From sequence record PV660463: DNA of 64,000 nucleotides; one strand, written 5' to 3'. The number at the start of each line of letters is the position of its first letter. The first letter of the stretch is position 1. Source of the stretch: Escherichia phage LF82-41. The translations under genes and the position numbers were made by a program. Below the pieces are notes generated by a model. That model was given only the letters and a program-made list of their open reading frames with translations. It was not told the origin of the DNA and searched no databases. Below, one piece after another: positions 47,382-57,186 of this stretch.

Positions 47382-47664
47382 TAGCCTGACGAGTAGTAAC
47401 CCACTGGATTTTAATTAACTTGTCATTATATGGTTGTCGTAGAATATCCCGAGATTTCTTAATAGCGTATTCGTAAGCTTCGAAGTTGTTTTGAATTGCT
47501 GCTTCTTGAGCATGAGCATAAAGACGGTTTAGTTCAAAACGATTCTTTTTAAGAATCTTTTCGGATTTTTTACGTGCTTCAGCTTCGTTTTTCTTTTGGA
47601 TTTCTTGTAGCATTTTAGCTACTGCATCTTCTGCTTCTTTATTTTCAATAATCTCGGTAGTCAT
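47341..47664 (-). CDS. hypothetical protein (107 aa)
   Basis: ORF track. Confidence 0.45.
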   Translation of the reverse strand: MTTEIIENKEAEDAVAKMLQEIQKKNEAEARKKSEKILKKNRFELNRLYAHAQEAAIQNNFEAYEYAIKKSRDILRQPYNDKLIKIQWVTTRQAIEDIINGASSNKV

Positions 47665-47665
47665 A

Positions 47666-47881
47666 TTATCTCATTAAATTAAAATAAAAACGTCCGTCCT
47701 CTTCAATACAGAACTCGTACTCAACTGGAGTCCCATTTATCGAAAATGACACGTCATGTGGGTTCAAAGGGTCGATGTCAAAATTAATTTTAAATTCTCG
47801 GCCCAACAGTTTTACCAAATAAGGGATTGCTTCGTCAAAAGGTTCTTCTAAGTAGTTAGAGATATCAATTGTCATCCTCAT
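47666..47881 (-). CDS. hypothetical protein (start trimmed to avoid overlap with gene 55)
   Basis: ORF track; internal Met after gp55 stop. Confidence 0.4.
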   Translation of the reverse strand: MRMTIDISNYLEEPFDEAIPYLVKLLGREFKINFDIDPLNPHDVSFSINGTPVEYEFCIEEDGRFYFNLMR

Positions 47882-48440
47882 ATAAAAAATCCAAACTAGG
47901 CGAATCGCTAACAACTTCCTTCTTTTCAGCCCCAGGAGCTTTATAAGCGGATTCTTCATAATGCGTCATTTTATCGTAGATGTCTTGAATAAACGTTTCA
48001 TCTACCAACGCTACCATATCATCGTCATGACTGTCGTAGACGTTATGAACGAAGTAACTATATTTCTTTGCAACTTCCTTACGTTCTTTTTTGATACGTT
48101 GGACAAAAGCATTAAAACAAGCTCGAGTTATGTATGCATGTGGGTTATTGTACTTAGTTTCGTCGAAATTATGAAGTCCCTTAATAGAGGCTTCAATCCC
48201 ATCTGCAATCATCTCCTGCTTCCAAGACTGGGTATATCCTGAAAAGTTGAAACGTTTGGACAGGCCTTCGGCGATAAGCATAATTGCTAAACCGATGGTA
48301 TCATTCTGACGAATAATTTTGTTTGGGTCTTTATTATTTAAGAGCTCCTTTTTCCACTCGATTATAGCAGCGAGAAGCTCTTTATTATTCACATAGTTAT
48401 TTTTAGGTTTTTGTTCAGTCATAAGTACCTCTTGGCTCAA
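47865..48440 (-). CDS. 55: late-transcription sigma factor
   Basis: 191 aa; T4 gp55 size and position. Confidence 0.85.
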   Translation of the reverse strand: MSQEVLMTEQKPKNNYVNNKELLAAIIEWKKELLNNKDPNKIIRQNDTIGLAIMLIAEGLSKRFNFSGYTQSWKQEMIADGIEASIKGLHNFDETKYNNPHAYITRACFNAFVQRIKKERKEVAKKYSYFVHNVYDSHDDDMVALVDETFIQDIYDKMTHYEESAYKAPGAEKKEVVSDSPSLDFLYEDDN

Positions 48441-48494
48441 TTCATAGGTCTATTATATCATAATATTTAGAGACCTATCTTAAAGCACGAGATA

Positions 48495-48764
48495 CTATCG
48501 GAGCAAACAATACGCCTGGAATACTTTTTCCATTAAACGTTTGAACTCATGTATATCGATATAAAGCTCAGTAAGACCGACATTATAAAGAAAATCTAAA
48601 AAGTTCTCATGTGTTTCGTTATAGACGCCTTCGTTTAATTGAGATACATGAGTTTCCCAAAAACCGACACCTTTAACAAATGGAAAATACGTAACTTTCA
48701 TAAAGTTGTCGACGTAAAATTCGCCCAGCTTTTCTTCAGTTATACTGATTCGAGTTAATTTCAT
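48495..48764 (-). CDS. hypothetical protein (89 aa)
   Basis: ORF track. Confidence 0.45.
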   Translation of the reverse strand: MKLTRISITEEKLGEFYVDNFMKVTYFPFVKGVGFWETHVSQLNEGVYNETHENFLDFLYNVGLTELYIDIHEFKRLMEKVFQAYCLLR

Positions 48765-48988
48765 TCTAGTTCCTTTGCTGCAAATAAGGCAGCATCCAAT
48801 GAATCAAATTGGTCAACGAAATCAATATTCAACGCATCGTCAACCGTAGCATATAACCACCATTGTTTGAATTCGTATTCTAGAATAAATCCAGGACCTT
48901 CAATCTGAGGAAGACCTAGACTATTTGTACCAACTTCGTAACCAGCTAGACGCAGGTCATTAATCAAAGTTTCTGTTAATACGCTCAT
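48761..48988 (-). CDS. hypothetical protein (75 aa)
   Basis: ORF track. Confidence 0.45.
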   Translation of the reverse strand: MSVLTETLINDLRLAGYEVGTNSLGLPQIEGPGFILEYEFKQWWLYATVDDALNIDFVDQFDSLDAALFAAKELE

Positions 48989-49356
48989 TTTACCGCCTTA
49001 ACAATTTTAAGGTCAACGAATTTTTTCTTACGTTGATTTTTCATACGACGGATAGTCTTTTCAGAGATTTCATGTTTCTGATAAGCTTTAGATTCAACAC
49101 CAAATGCAGCAACGTCAAATTCAGAAAGAATATATTGTACTAGAATTTCACGAATAGAATTACGTCCAATTTTCTGGTCGTGTTTTTGCATGATTTCATA
49201 AAGACGGAATTCCCACGCGTCAAGAACTTGAGGAGTAACAATACCACCTTTTTCTAGAAGACTAACAACTTTATCGAAAGCGAAAGAGTTCACTACGTTT
49301 TTGATTTTAGTAGACATATTATTTTCCTCTGTTATTTTATTATCCAACGAGAGCAT
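48985..49356 (-). CDS. hypothetical protein (123 aa)
   Basis: ORF track. Confidence 0.45.
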   Translation of the reverse strand: MLSLDNKITEENNMSTKIKNVVNSFAFDKVVSLLEKGGIVTPQVLDAWEFRLYEIMQKHDQKIGRNSIREILVQYILSEFDVAAFGVESKAYQKHEISEKTIRRMKNQRKKKFVDLKIVKAVK

Positions 49357-49383
49357 TATACTCTGCTCTCAAGAGTTTGTGCG

Positions 49384-49623
49384 TTATTTCGTGATAAGAT
49401 AATGTAAATAGTTTGCTTGACGAACACTGATATCAACACCCATATCAAAGATACCTTTATAGAACGGGTATTTGTTTTCAGTAGAATCTAGACTAAAAGC
49501 CTTTCCGCCACAACTAACGGTAATAGCATCAGTTAAAGTGTCATATACAAACTTAATAGTTGAGCCGTTCACTACAACTTCAAGACGTTTTTTCGATGTA
49601 ATAATGTCTAATTCTTGTTCCAT
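49384..49623 (-). CDS. hypothetical protein (79 aa)
   Basis: ORF track. Confidence 0.45.
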   Translation of the reverse strand: MEQELDIITSKKRLEVVVNGSTIKFVYDTLTDAITVSCGGKAFSLDSTENKYPFYKGIFDMGVDISVRQANYLHYLITK

Positions 49624-49678
49624 GATATTCTCCTCAAATTGGTAGGAAGAAGTGTTATCTTCCTACCATCATAAACTA

Positions 49679-49891
49679 TTAACCGAACTTTTTAGCGCCT
49701 TTCCAGCCTTCGTACATAACTGCACAAGTCAATAGTACAGCATGTTGGCATTCTTTGTATTTGTAAATCCAGAACCAGCGTAAGAAGTCTTCATCCTCAA
49801 CGCCGTTGAGTTTCATATTGGCAAAGAATTCGGCACGTTCTTCACGAAGTTGCCATGACACAATATTTTCAGGATTCATTTTGTGTTCCAC
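49679..49891 (-). CDS. hypothetical protein (70 aa)
   Basis: ORF track. Confidence 0.45.
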   Translation of the reverse strand: MEHKMNPENIVSWQLREERAEFFANMKLNGVEDEDFLRWFWIYKYKECQHAVLLTCAVMYEGWKGAKKFG

Positions 49892-50103
49892 GCCCCATTT
49901 TCATCGATGAACTTAATCCAGTCATTTACAGACCATTTAGTTGTATCACCCTTTGGATTAACATTTAAAGTATATAATCCCTGCTTAAAAAGCATTCGTT
50001 TGATATTCATAATTTCCTCAACTGTAACGATAACATTCGTTAGCTTTACGTTTGGCTTCAGTATGAGAAGTATTATAATCATACTCTTCTTTACTGTAAA
50101 CAT
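49876..50103 (-). CDS. hypothetical protein (75 aa)
   Basis: ORF track. Confidence 0.4.
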   Translation of the reverse strand: MFTVKKSMIIILLILKPNVKLTNVIVTVEEIMNIKRMLFKQGLYTLNVNPKGDTTKWSVNDWIKFIDENGAWNTK

Positions 50104-50341
50104 CTTTTTTCAACTTACGAACTTCTTTGCGGAGTTGTCGATTCATTTCATTCTTGACTTCAGAATCAACTCCTTTCATACGTTTCCATTTATCTGAGCG
50201 GAAAATGTTTTCAACCATGTCTTTGTGGCTAACACCGTCAGGAGCTTTACGCTTACCAAAATAGTCATAATCGCGAACTTTCAAATCTTTACGACGATAT
50301 GTTTTACCCATAAGTACCTCAGAGGTTGATTGATACGACAC
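50018..50341 (-). CDS. hypothetical basic protein (107 aa)
   Basis: ORF track. Confidence 0.4.
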   Translation of the reverse strand: MSYQSTSEVLMGKTYRRKDLKVRDYDYFGKRKAPDGVSHKDMVENIFRSDKWKRMKGVDSEVKNEMNRQLRKEVRKLKKDVYSKEEYDYNTSHTEAKRKANECYRYS

Positions 50342-50567
50342 GTTTGATAAAATTCACTTCACTTACTGAAAGGTCTTTAAGACCGATTGATTCTAAACGC
50401 TGAGTAAGCGTCAACATCGGGATATAATCCCAATGAGTTTTATTTGCTTGATAAGTACGGACGCCATTAGCAATTTCAACATGTAAATCGGAAATGATAA
50501 TGAATACCAGTCGCTCGTCATTAACTTTAAGGGTTAGAACAACTTTCTTTGAGTCTAAACTAATCAT
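50319..50567 (-). CDS. hypothetical protein (82 aa)
   Basis: ORF track. Confidence 0.45.
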   Translation of the reverse strand: MISLDSKKVVLTLKVNDERLVFIIISDLHVEIANGVRTYQANKTHWDYIPMLTLTQRLESIGLKDLSVSEVNFIKRVVSINL

Positions 50568-50866
50568 GGTTTAATTTCCTTTGCAATTGAACAGAAGATA
50601 CCACGGTCACAAAGCATTTCACCAATTTCCGGATATTTGATTGAACGGTACCAAACATCCAGGCTTGAAACTCTGGTTATCTGTACTGCATTACCGTTGA
50701 CAGAATAGTACTGGTCAACCTTAATTTCTTTATCTTCAATTGTCATTTTATTTTCCTCTATAGTAGATGGTTTAATCTTAACACAACTATTGAGGATGTA
50801 AACTGTTTTATGAAAATATTTTTGGTTTGAGAGGGGCACAAGGAGATAGTGAAGTGAAGATTCCAA
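50564..50866 (-). CDS. hypothetical protein (start uncertain)
   Basis: ORF track. Confidence 0.4.
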   Translation of the reverse strand: MESSLHYLLVPLSNQKYFHKTVYILNSCVKIKPSTIEENKMTIEDKEIKVDQYYSVNGNAVQITRVSSLDVWYRSIKYPEIGEMLCDRGIFCSIAKEIKP

Positions 50867-50911
50867 TAGATTATATTGGAAATGGGATAAAGAAGACCAG
50901 GCGGCACCTGG

Positions 50912-51235
50912 TCAATCTTCTATGATATCAGAGTCATATCCTAATGAAATCAAGGACTTTTTAAACTCTGCAATATTCTTTTGTTTCTTATCATTTAAAA
51001 ATATGACAGGATAACGAATATTAAGTGAAGTGAATCCTGCACGTTTAGCAAGAGATACGATTAAAGGACGGTCATATTCAATCTTACCATTATTAGTGAG
51101 GACTTTATAAAATGTATAAGGAGCATTGAGCTCCTTTAAAAGTTTTGTAACAGTATAACATCCTGGACAACGTCCAACTTCTTCAGGGATGCCATAAATT
51201 TCAATCTTGTTCTTTAAGTTCGAGTTTTGTTCCAC
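50912..51235 (-). CDS. glutaredoxin/NrdH-like redoxin (CPGC), start codon uncertain (possibly GTG)
   Basis: KIEIYGIPEEVGRCPGCYTVTKLL redoxin motif; no in-frame ATG before the domain that avoids overlap. Confidence 0.5.
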   Translation of the reverse strand: MEQNSNLKNKIEIYGIPEEVGRCPGCYTVTKLLKELNAPYTFYKVLTNNGKIEYDRPLIVSLAKRAGFTSLNIRYPVIFLNDKKQKNIAEFKKSLISLGYDSDIIED

Positions 51236-51518
51236 GAGAAATAATTCCTTGGTAAGCCCAATAAGGAGGATTAACAGAATCCTCACCAGAGTTTTCTTCA
51301 GGAAAATAAACCTGGATAACGAAGCCGGATTCATCAAAGGTAAAATAAACCGTAGGCAGTTCACCTAACAAATCGGCACGAGCGTTGATTTCTTCGAGGT
51401 CTTGTTCACGTCCAGCCCAGAAGCTTGGGTTCAGACTACATTCATAGAAATAATAGTCATTACCGAACATATCAAAACCATTCCAACTCTCTACTACATA
51501 CCGCTCAAAACTAATCAT
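51201..51518 (-). CDS. hypothetical acidic protein (105 aa)
   Basis: ORF track. Confidence 0.45.
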   Translation of the reverse strand: MISFERYVVESWNGFDMFGNDYYFYECSLNPSFWAGREQDLEEINARADLLGELPTVYFTFDESGFVIQVYFPEENSGEDSVNPPYWAYQGIISRGTKLELKEQD

Positions 51519-51520
51519 AA

Positions 51521-51736
51521 TTAAGCCTTTTTATCAAGAACAGAATTCAGTTTATTAGTAATTTTGTCCAAACGTTCATTGAATTCGCTGGAGGATAAAC
51601 CCTTTTCTGGAGAAATTAAACTAATCACGAAAAATACACCAGTAAAAGGAATAAGAAAAATAGCTCCAACTGCCATAAACAAAAAGAACGTTACAGTTGT
51701 AAGAAAATCAGCTAAACCTTTACGAAATTTGTACAT
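51521..51736 (-). CDS. small membrane protein (71 aa)
   Basis: Hydrophobic core FLTTVTFFLFMAVGAIFLIPFTGVFFVISLI. Confidence 0.45.
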   Translation of the reverse strand: MYKFRKGLADFLTTVTFFLFMAVGAIFLIPFTGVFFVISLISPEKGLSSSEFNERLDKITNKLNSVLDKKA

Positions 51737-51846
51737 ATTTACCCTTAATTAACTAAGTATTGATAATCATTAAACTATATTGCGAATAAAATTCTGGACC
51801 AAAACGAAAAATCATATCATTTATAGTATCCATAATGTAATTCAAT

Positions 51847-52317
51847 TTAATCATGTTTCCACACCCCATCGGTATTTGACCAAAGCCGCTGATTATCTGA
51901 TCCTCGCCACAGCTTTTTAGTCGGAAGATTTTTCTCATACTTCCCATCAATAATAACATCAACATATTTAAGCATTTCTAGTTGTTTAATATCTTCAAAC
52001 TTATATCCTGTCCACAACCAAATGCTTTTATTGGGATAAAGATTTTTTACTGTTTGAGCAATGCAATGAATAACAACTCGGTTATCAGGATAGAGAGGGT
52101 CACCTCCGGTTATAGTTAATCCTTCTATATAATCATTATTCAAATATTCAATTAATTGTTCTAGTGTTTCACCAGTGAATGGAATACCATTTCTAGCATT
52201 CCATGTTGATTTATTATAACACCCTTCGCATTTATGCAAACAACCCGTAACGAAAAGAACGACCCTGCATCCCGGGCCATTCACAAAATCGCAAGGATAA
52301 AATCTATCATAATTCAT
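51847..52317 (-). CDS. nrdG: anaerobic ribonucleotide reductase activating protein (radical SAM)
   Basis: 156 aa; CxxxCxxC-like cluster CLHKCEGC; immediately upstream of nrdD. Confidence 0.85.
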   Translation of the reverse strand: MNYDRFYPCDFVNGPGCRVVLFVTGCLHKCEGCYNKSTWNARNGIPFTGETLEQLIEYLNNDYIEGLTITGGDPLYPDNRVVIHCIAQTVKNLYPNKSIWLWTGYKFEDIKQLEMLKYVDVIIDGKYEKNLPTKKLWRGSDNQRLWSNTDGVWKHD

Positions 52318-54131
52318 TGGTGTTTAACCCTATGCATGATTTCTTTATTTTTACCGAGATTAAATCCGCGTTCGTTCGGATTTCCTAAATAACCGCATGT
52401 TCTTCTTATGGTGTTCATCTTTTTAGGATCAGTTTCTCCGCAAACTGAACAAACAAATCCGTTTTCAGTAGGAGTCATTTCATGGGTACTTCCACATGTA
52501 AAACATTTATCCACTGGCATATTAACACCAAAATAATCTAAATGTTGTGCAGCATAATCCCAGACGGCCTCAAGTCCCTTTAAATTGTTTTTCATATCTG
52601 GAAGTTCAACATAAGAAATGTGACCACCTGTCGCAATGAAATGATATGGCGCTTCACGAGAAATCTTTTCAAACGGAGTAATATTTTCTTCTACTGAAAC
52701 GTGGAAACTGTTAGTGTACCAGCCTTTATCGGTAACATCTTTTACACTTCCATATTTTTCTGTATCGAGTTTACAGAAGCGATAACAAAGGTTTTCAGCA
52801 GGAGTAGAATACAAACTAAAAGCAAAACCAGTTCTTTCAGTCCACTGTTTAAGATGAGCATTCATTTTAGTTAAAATTTCTTGTCCAATATCACGACCAA
52901 CAAGAATATTCAATTCATGAATACCGATGTATCCTAAAGACACTGAACTTCTACCGTTTTTAAATAACTCAATTATATCGTCATCAGGTTTAAGACGAAC
53001 CCCGAATGCACCTTCTTGGTAAAGAATAGGAGCAACAGTCGCTTTAACTCCTTTTAAGGAACTAATTCTACATATCAAAGCTTCAAAACATAAATCCATT
53101 CGTTCATTGAATAATTCAACAAATTTCTGTTCATTGAACTGTGTTCCAATATAAGAATCTAATGCGATGCGAGGAAGATTCAGTGTTACAACACCGAGAT
53201 TATTACGTCCATCAAGAATTTCATTACCAGTCGAATCTTTCCATACGCTCAAGAAACTACGGCAGCCCATTGGAGAAACCGGAACTGAAGAACCAGTAAT
53301 AGCTTTATTATTCTTAACCGAAATAATGTCAGGATACATTCTTTTGCTTGCACATTCTAACGCAAGTTGTTTAATATCATAGTTCGGATCATCTTTATAA
53401 AGATTAACACCTTCTTCAACAAACATAACAAGTTTAGGAAAAATAGGAGTTATCCCATCACGACCAAGACCTTTAATGCGGTTTTTAAGAATTGCCTTCT
53501 GAATCATTCGTTCAGTCCAATCGGTTCCCGTACCAAATGTAATTGTTACAAAAGGCGTTTGTCCGTTTGAACTAAAGAGAGTATTTACTTCATATTCATA
53601 AGCTTGGAATGCATCGTATACGTCTTTTTCTGTTTTAGATTGAGCATAATTCAACGCATCAGCTATTTGCCATTTTTCTGCATCCTCAATATGTTTTGCA
53701 TAGGTGCGTTTAACATAAGGAGAAAGTACTTTATCTACATTAGCAAAAGTCGTTCCGCCGTATTGATGTGAAGCAACCTGTGCAGTAATTTGTGCCATAA
53801 TTGCAGTAGCAACACCAATCGATTTAGGCGTTTCAATTTGAGCATTGCCTAATTTAAATCCATTCTCAAGCATCCCCTTTAAATCGACTAAACAGCAATT
53901 AGTAAATGGAAGAGCAGGAGAATAATCAATATCATGCATATGAATGATTCCGCTTTCATGCGCATTCATAATAAAAGACGGGACCATATTTTTGGCAATG
54001 TGCTTAGACACAATACCAGCCATAAGGTCCCGTTGAGTTGGAAAAACACGAGAATCTTTATTAGCATTCTCGTTTAAAAGGTCTTTATTAGTTTTATGAA
54101 TTAATCCTTCAATTTCTTTTTCAATTTTCAT
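52314..54131 (-). CDS. nrdD: anaerobic ribonucleoside-triphosphate reductase
   Basis: 605 aa; C-terminal zinc ribbon CFTCGS...CSVCG and glycyl-radical region RRTCGYLG. Confidence 0.9.
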   Translation of the reverse strand: MKIEKEIEGLIHKTNKDLLNENANKDSRVFPTQRDLMAGIVSKHIAKNMVPSFIMNAHESGIIHMHDIDYSPALPFTNCCLVDLKGMLENGFKLGNAQIETPKSIGVATAIMAQITAQVASHQYGGTTFANVDKVLSPYVKRTYAKHIEDAEKWQIADALNYAQSKTEKDVYDAFQAYEYEVNTLFSSNGQTPFVTITFGTGTDWTERMIQKAILKNRIKGLGRDGITPIFPKLVMFVEEGVNLYKDDPNYDIKQLALECASKRMYPDIISVKNNKAITGSSVPVSPMGCRSFLSVWKDSTGNEILDGRNNLGVVTLNLPRIALDSYIGTQFNEQKFVELFNERMDLCFEALICRISSLKGVKATVAPILYQEGAFGVRLKPDDDIIELFKNGRSSVSLGYIGIHELNILVGRDIGQEILTKMNAHLKQWTERTGFAFSLYSTPAENLCYRFCKLDTEKYGSVKDVTDKGWYTNSFHVSVEENITPFEKISREAPYHFIATGGHISYVELPDMKNNLKGLEAVWDYAAQHLDYFGVNMPVDKCFTCGSTHEMTPTENGFVCSVCGETDPKKMNTIRRTCGYLGNPNERGFNLGKNKEIMHRVKHQ

Positions 54132-54601
54132 TTTAAACTCTTTCTAAGCTGCTTTTTGAATGAAGCTATTAATTGTGTTTTAGTATCAGATTCATTATAT
54201 TCAAATCCTCTTTGAAGCATCTCGGTCATCATTTCCTCTTTACCTAGTCTTGAGAACTCTTTAGTTTTGTCTGGAACAAAATTAGGATGGATATTATTAT
54301 CAGAATAATCTTGTTTCAAATAAGCAAGAAGAGCTTCAAGCCATTCGAGGTAATCAACGTTTTGACCTTTAAGACCAGAACGGTTGAACTTATGCTTCAT
54401 TTGACCTTCTGCTGCATTGCACAGGTTACATAGTAAACCACGAACCTTACCAGCTTTTGGCCCGTTTAATTCATGGTCGTGGTCAAGATGGTTACCTTGA
54501 ACATCAGGGTCTAATTCACGGTGGCAAATAGGACACTTACCGTTCTGTGCATCATAAAATTTTTGTTTTTCTTCTTTGTATAATTTGCCAGATAATAACA
54601 T
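54128..54601 (-). CDS. 49: endonuclease VII (Holliday junction resolvase)
   Basis: 157 aa; near-identical to remembered T4 gp49 (MLL.GKLYKEEKQKFYDAQNGKC...). Confidence 0.95.
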   Translation of the reverse strand: MLLSGKLYKEEKQKFYDAQNGKCPICHRELDPDVQGNHLDHDHELNGPKAGKVRGLLCNLCNAAEGQMKHKFNRSGLKGQNVDYLEWLEALLAYLKQDYSDNNIHPNFVPDKTKEFSRLGKEEMMTEMLQRGFEYNESDTKTQLIASFKKQLRKSLK

Positions 54602-54630
54602 AATAAACCCTTACCTTAAATAGATAAGGG

Positions 54631-54638
54631 TATTTATA
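54631..54638 (-). promoter_or_regulatory. late promoter TATAAATA upstream of gene 49
   Basis: minus-strand TATAAATA about 30 nt upstream of gene 49 ATG. Confidence 0.5.
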
Positions 54639-54640
54639 AT

Positions 54641-54820
54641 TTAGTAAACGTTATAAAAGCCTCGATGGAAACGCTTATACTGACGAATCATTCTTTTAGT
54701 AGGACGAGTTTCTGAAATAATTGAAGTCCTCATATTTGGATTGTTTGGGGCCCCAATCATAATAAATTTCCAAGATTTTTGCCCATTTTTTCTTTCACCA
54801 TAAAATAGTTCAGTTTTCAT
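54641..54820 (-). CDS. small basic protein, paralog A (59 aa)
   Basis: Manual translation MKTELFYGERKNGQKSWKFIMIGAPNNPNMRTSIISETRPTKRMIRQYKRFHRGFYNVY; paralog of 55245..55442. Confidence 0.4.
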   Translation of the reverse strand: MKTELFYGERKNGQKSWKFIMIGAPNNPNMRTSIISETRPTKRMIRQYKRFHRGFYNVY

Positions 54821-54829
54821 AATAAACCT

Positions 54830-55243
54830 TTAACTTAAACGTCTTTCTAAGTATTCAATGTATTCCGCTGCGGCTTGCATCAGATTACCTTCATAACCGT
54901 CATTATTTTCTTGACCAGCTAATTTAGCTAAAGCATAAGAAATACGTTCACCTTCGAATTCGCCAAGTCCACCATCACAAACTACTTGGTCAATTTCTTC
55001 GAGTTCATCTATTGAATGGGATTCCCAGAAGCACCAAAGAGAAGTATCACGGTCATAGATGCAAAGTTTCTCACCTGTGTTCAACATCACTTCGATAATG
55101 CCATGGTCGCCATAACCATCTTCGGTAGTAGTACCAATTACCTTGAGGATTGTTCCTTTCTTTAATTCAGGAAACTTGACTTGTAGTTCTTCGTCTTCTT
55201 TAACAATCTTGAACCATTTACCGCGAGTTTCAGAAATATTCAT
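54830..55243 (-). CDS. hypothetical acidic protein (about 137 aa from internal Met)
   Basis: ORF track; T4 pin position but no sequence confirmation. Confidence 0.4.
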   Translation of the reverse strand: MNISETRGKWFKIVKEDEELQVKFPELKKGTILKVIGTTTEDGYGDHGIIEVMLNTGEKLCIYDRDTSLWCFWESHSIDELEEIDQVVCDGGLGEFEGERISYALAKLAGQENNDGYEGNLMQAAAEYIEYLERRLS

Positions 55244-55244
55244 A

Positions 55245-55442
55245 TCAATATTCTCTATAAAAGTTACGATGAGAACGTTTAGCTTTGCGAAGCTGACGTT
55301 TAGTAGGACGAACTGTAAATGGTTGTCCAGAGAAAAAATTCGGATCGGTTTTAATAAGCAAATACCAATCATGCTTGCCATTTTTTAATAAACGGTACAA
55401 TAATTTAACTTGCATAATAATCTCTTCCCATTTCCATATCAA
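55245..55442 (-). CDS. small basic protein, paralog B
   Basis: KNGKHDW...RPTKRQLRKAKRSHRNFY aligns with paralog A. Confidence 0.4.
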   Translation of the reverse strand: MIWKWEEIIMQVKLLYRLLKNGKHDWYLLIKTDPNFFSGQPFTVRPTKRQLRKAKRSHRNFYREY

Positions 55443-55543
55443 TTAATTCATTTATTGAAGGTTCATCATAACATGGTTCTTCGTCGTTGTAAACCGTTTC
55501 GACGTCTGGCTCGACAGTCTCCCATCGAGCAGAATACCACAGT

Positions 55544-55900
55544 TTAACCCCGGAGTTTATTGAGCTCTTCATAATCAATCCAGGATTCTAGCCCTGACGG
55601 CAGGTCACATTCAATGTTCCACAGAAGCTCTTCAATGGCTTGCAGGCGATTATATTCTTCAACAGTAATAGTAACCATTGGTGCAACCGGTTCTGCCTTT
55701 TTAACAATCATATCGTTCATCAGGATGTAAAGGTCATCACGAACGACAGTGTCGTTCCATCCCCATGATTTGGCTTCGTAAGCTAATGTTGAAGGTAGCA
55801 CATTTAAAACTTCAATAATAGTTGGAGCATCAGGACCAAGTTCATTGGCACAAACTTCGTATACATCCTGGAAATCTTTAAGATTTAATGAATATGTCAT
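55544..55900 (-). CDS. hypothetical protein (118 aa)
   Basis: ORF track. Confidence 0.45.
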   Translation of the reverse strand: MTYSLNLKDFQDVYEVCANELGPDAPTIIEVLNVLPSTLAYEAKSWGWNDTVVRDDLYILMNDMIVKKAEPVAPMVTITVEEYNRLQAIEELLWNIECDLPSGLESWIDYEELNKLRG

Positions 55901-55918
55901 TTAAAATTTTCTCGCAGG

Positions 55919-56215
55919 TTATTGTTCTACCCATGAACAAGAGACTTCAAAATCAGGACCACCGTATTCCCAGTGATATTCACCAACAGGAATCCAGTCA
56001 CCGTGCTCGTTTTCTTCATAGTCCTCAGGCTCAAGGCCAACGAATCGCCATTGGACACCAATGATTCGATTACCCATCATTACTCGAAATTCGCCCCATG
56101 GATTATCGATAGCATACTGAATATCGTTCTTGGCACGAGAGCACATTTCTTGATATAATAAAGCTTCTAATTCACCCTGGTCATAAGGGCCAGGGAAAGT
56201 TAAATCAATACTCAT
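55919..56215 (-). CDS. hypothetical protein (98 aa)
   Basis: ORF track. Confidence 0.45.
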   Translation of the reverse strand: MSIDLTFPGPYDQGELEALLYQEMCSRAKNDIQYAIDNPWGEFRVMMGNRIIGVQWRFVGLEPEDYEENEHGDWIPVGEYHWEYGGPDFEVSCSWVEQ

Positions 56216-56475
56216 TTAAAATATTCTCGTAGTTGGTCAAATCCACCAATGTGACTTCCGTCAGGAGCAAACACTTGAGGCATAGTCAATCCAACTTGTG
56301 ATTCACGTCCAAGCTTAACCAGAAGCTCAGCAATTTTCTCATCGTCGAACACACCTTTTTCCGGCATAACATTAATGAATTCGAATGGCTGTTTCTTAAC
56401 AGTCAGCAATCGTTTCGCATTATCACAATAAATGCATTTATGAATAGTAGAGTCATACCCGTACACTTTAAACAT
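56212..56475 (-). CDS. nrdC: thioredoxin/glutaredoxin NrdC
   Basis: MFKVYGYDS.IHKC.YCDNAKRLLTVKKQPFEFIN.MPEKG matches remembered T4 NrdC. Confidence 0.9.
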   Translation of the reverse strand: MFKVYGYDSTIHKCIYCDNAKRLLTVKKQPFEFINVMPEKGVFDDEKIAELLVKLGRESQVGLTMPQVFAPDGSHIGGFDQLREYFK

Positions 56476-56881
56476 TATTTTTCCTTTCATCGATTAAATA
56501 TGCAATGCCAAATACAATACATGTAATAAAACCTGTGATACAGATAGAAACCAACAACACTGTACCAAAGAACCAAATCAAGTTATCTTTAGTAGTTTGT
56601 TTGATATCCATCTCACGAATTTCTATAGCTATCGTATCACCTTTATTCAGAAGCGTATAAAACGATGGCGATACACGTCTGTCAAAAACTCGTCCTTGCT
56701 CATCTTTATAGACTGCAATAAATTCTAATTTAGAATATTTTCCTGTAGATTGGCCTGAGATTAATTCCACTACCTCCACAGGAATTACTTTAGTTTCCAT
56801 GTAAGTATTCTGGCTGTTCCAAATGAATGGAATAATAGCAAAAACTAAAGCTGTGATAAAACAACGAAGGCTATATCTCAT
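56468..56881 (-). CDS. membrane protein (137 aa)
   Basis: N- and C-terminal hydrophobic segments. Confidence 0.45.
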   Translation of the reverse strand: MRYSLRCFITALVFAIIPFIWNSQNTYMETKVIPVEVVELISGQSTGKYSKLEFIAVYKDEQGRVFDRRVSPSFYTLLNKGDTIAIEIREMDIKQTTKDNLIWFFGTVLLVSICITGFITCIVFGIAYLIDERKNNV

Positions 56882-57186
56882 TATAATGTTCTCTCAAAAT
56901 TGTGGAAGCATTTACGGCATTTCAATTTCAAGTTATCAGTGGTCCAGTTAACCAGTTGGACTTGGATAGTTCCACATTCCGGACATGGGTGTTTTGCTGC
57001 CGATTTGGCAGCATTTTCACGTCGTTCAACCATTTTCATGATTTCGTTCCATGCCGGAGGAACGAACTCTTCTTCATCGTAGATATTATCTCGCTGAACA
57101 AATTCAATCTTTGAACTATCATCAATAAACTTAACTAAGCCATGATTAGTGCTCATATCAATATCCTCTAGAAGACGTAGTTTCAT
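56881..57186 (-). CDS. zinc-ribbon protein (101 aa)
   Basis: CPECG...CRKC. Confidence 0.45.
   Translation of the reverse strand: MKLRLLEDIDMSTNHGLVKFIDDSSKIEFVQRDNIYDEEEFVPPAWNEIMKMVERRENAAKSAAKHPCPECGTIQVQLVNWTTDNLKLKCRKCFHNFERTL

Noticed and set aside
50912-51364. Full 150-aa track ORF as the glutaredoxin gene
   Set aside because: N-terminal 40 residues overlap the 51201..51518 ORF in another frame; the redoxin domain starts later, so the start was trimmed, with uncertainty
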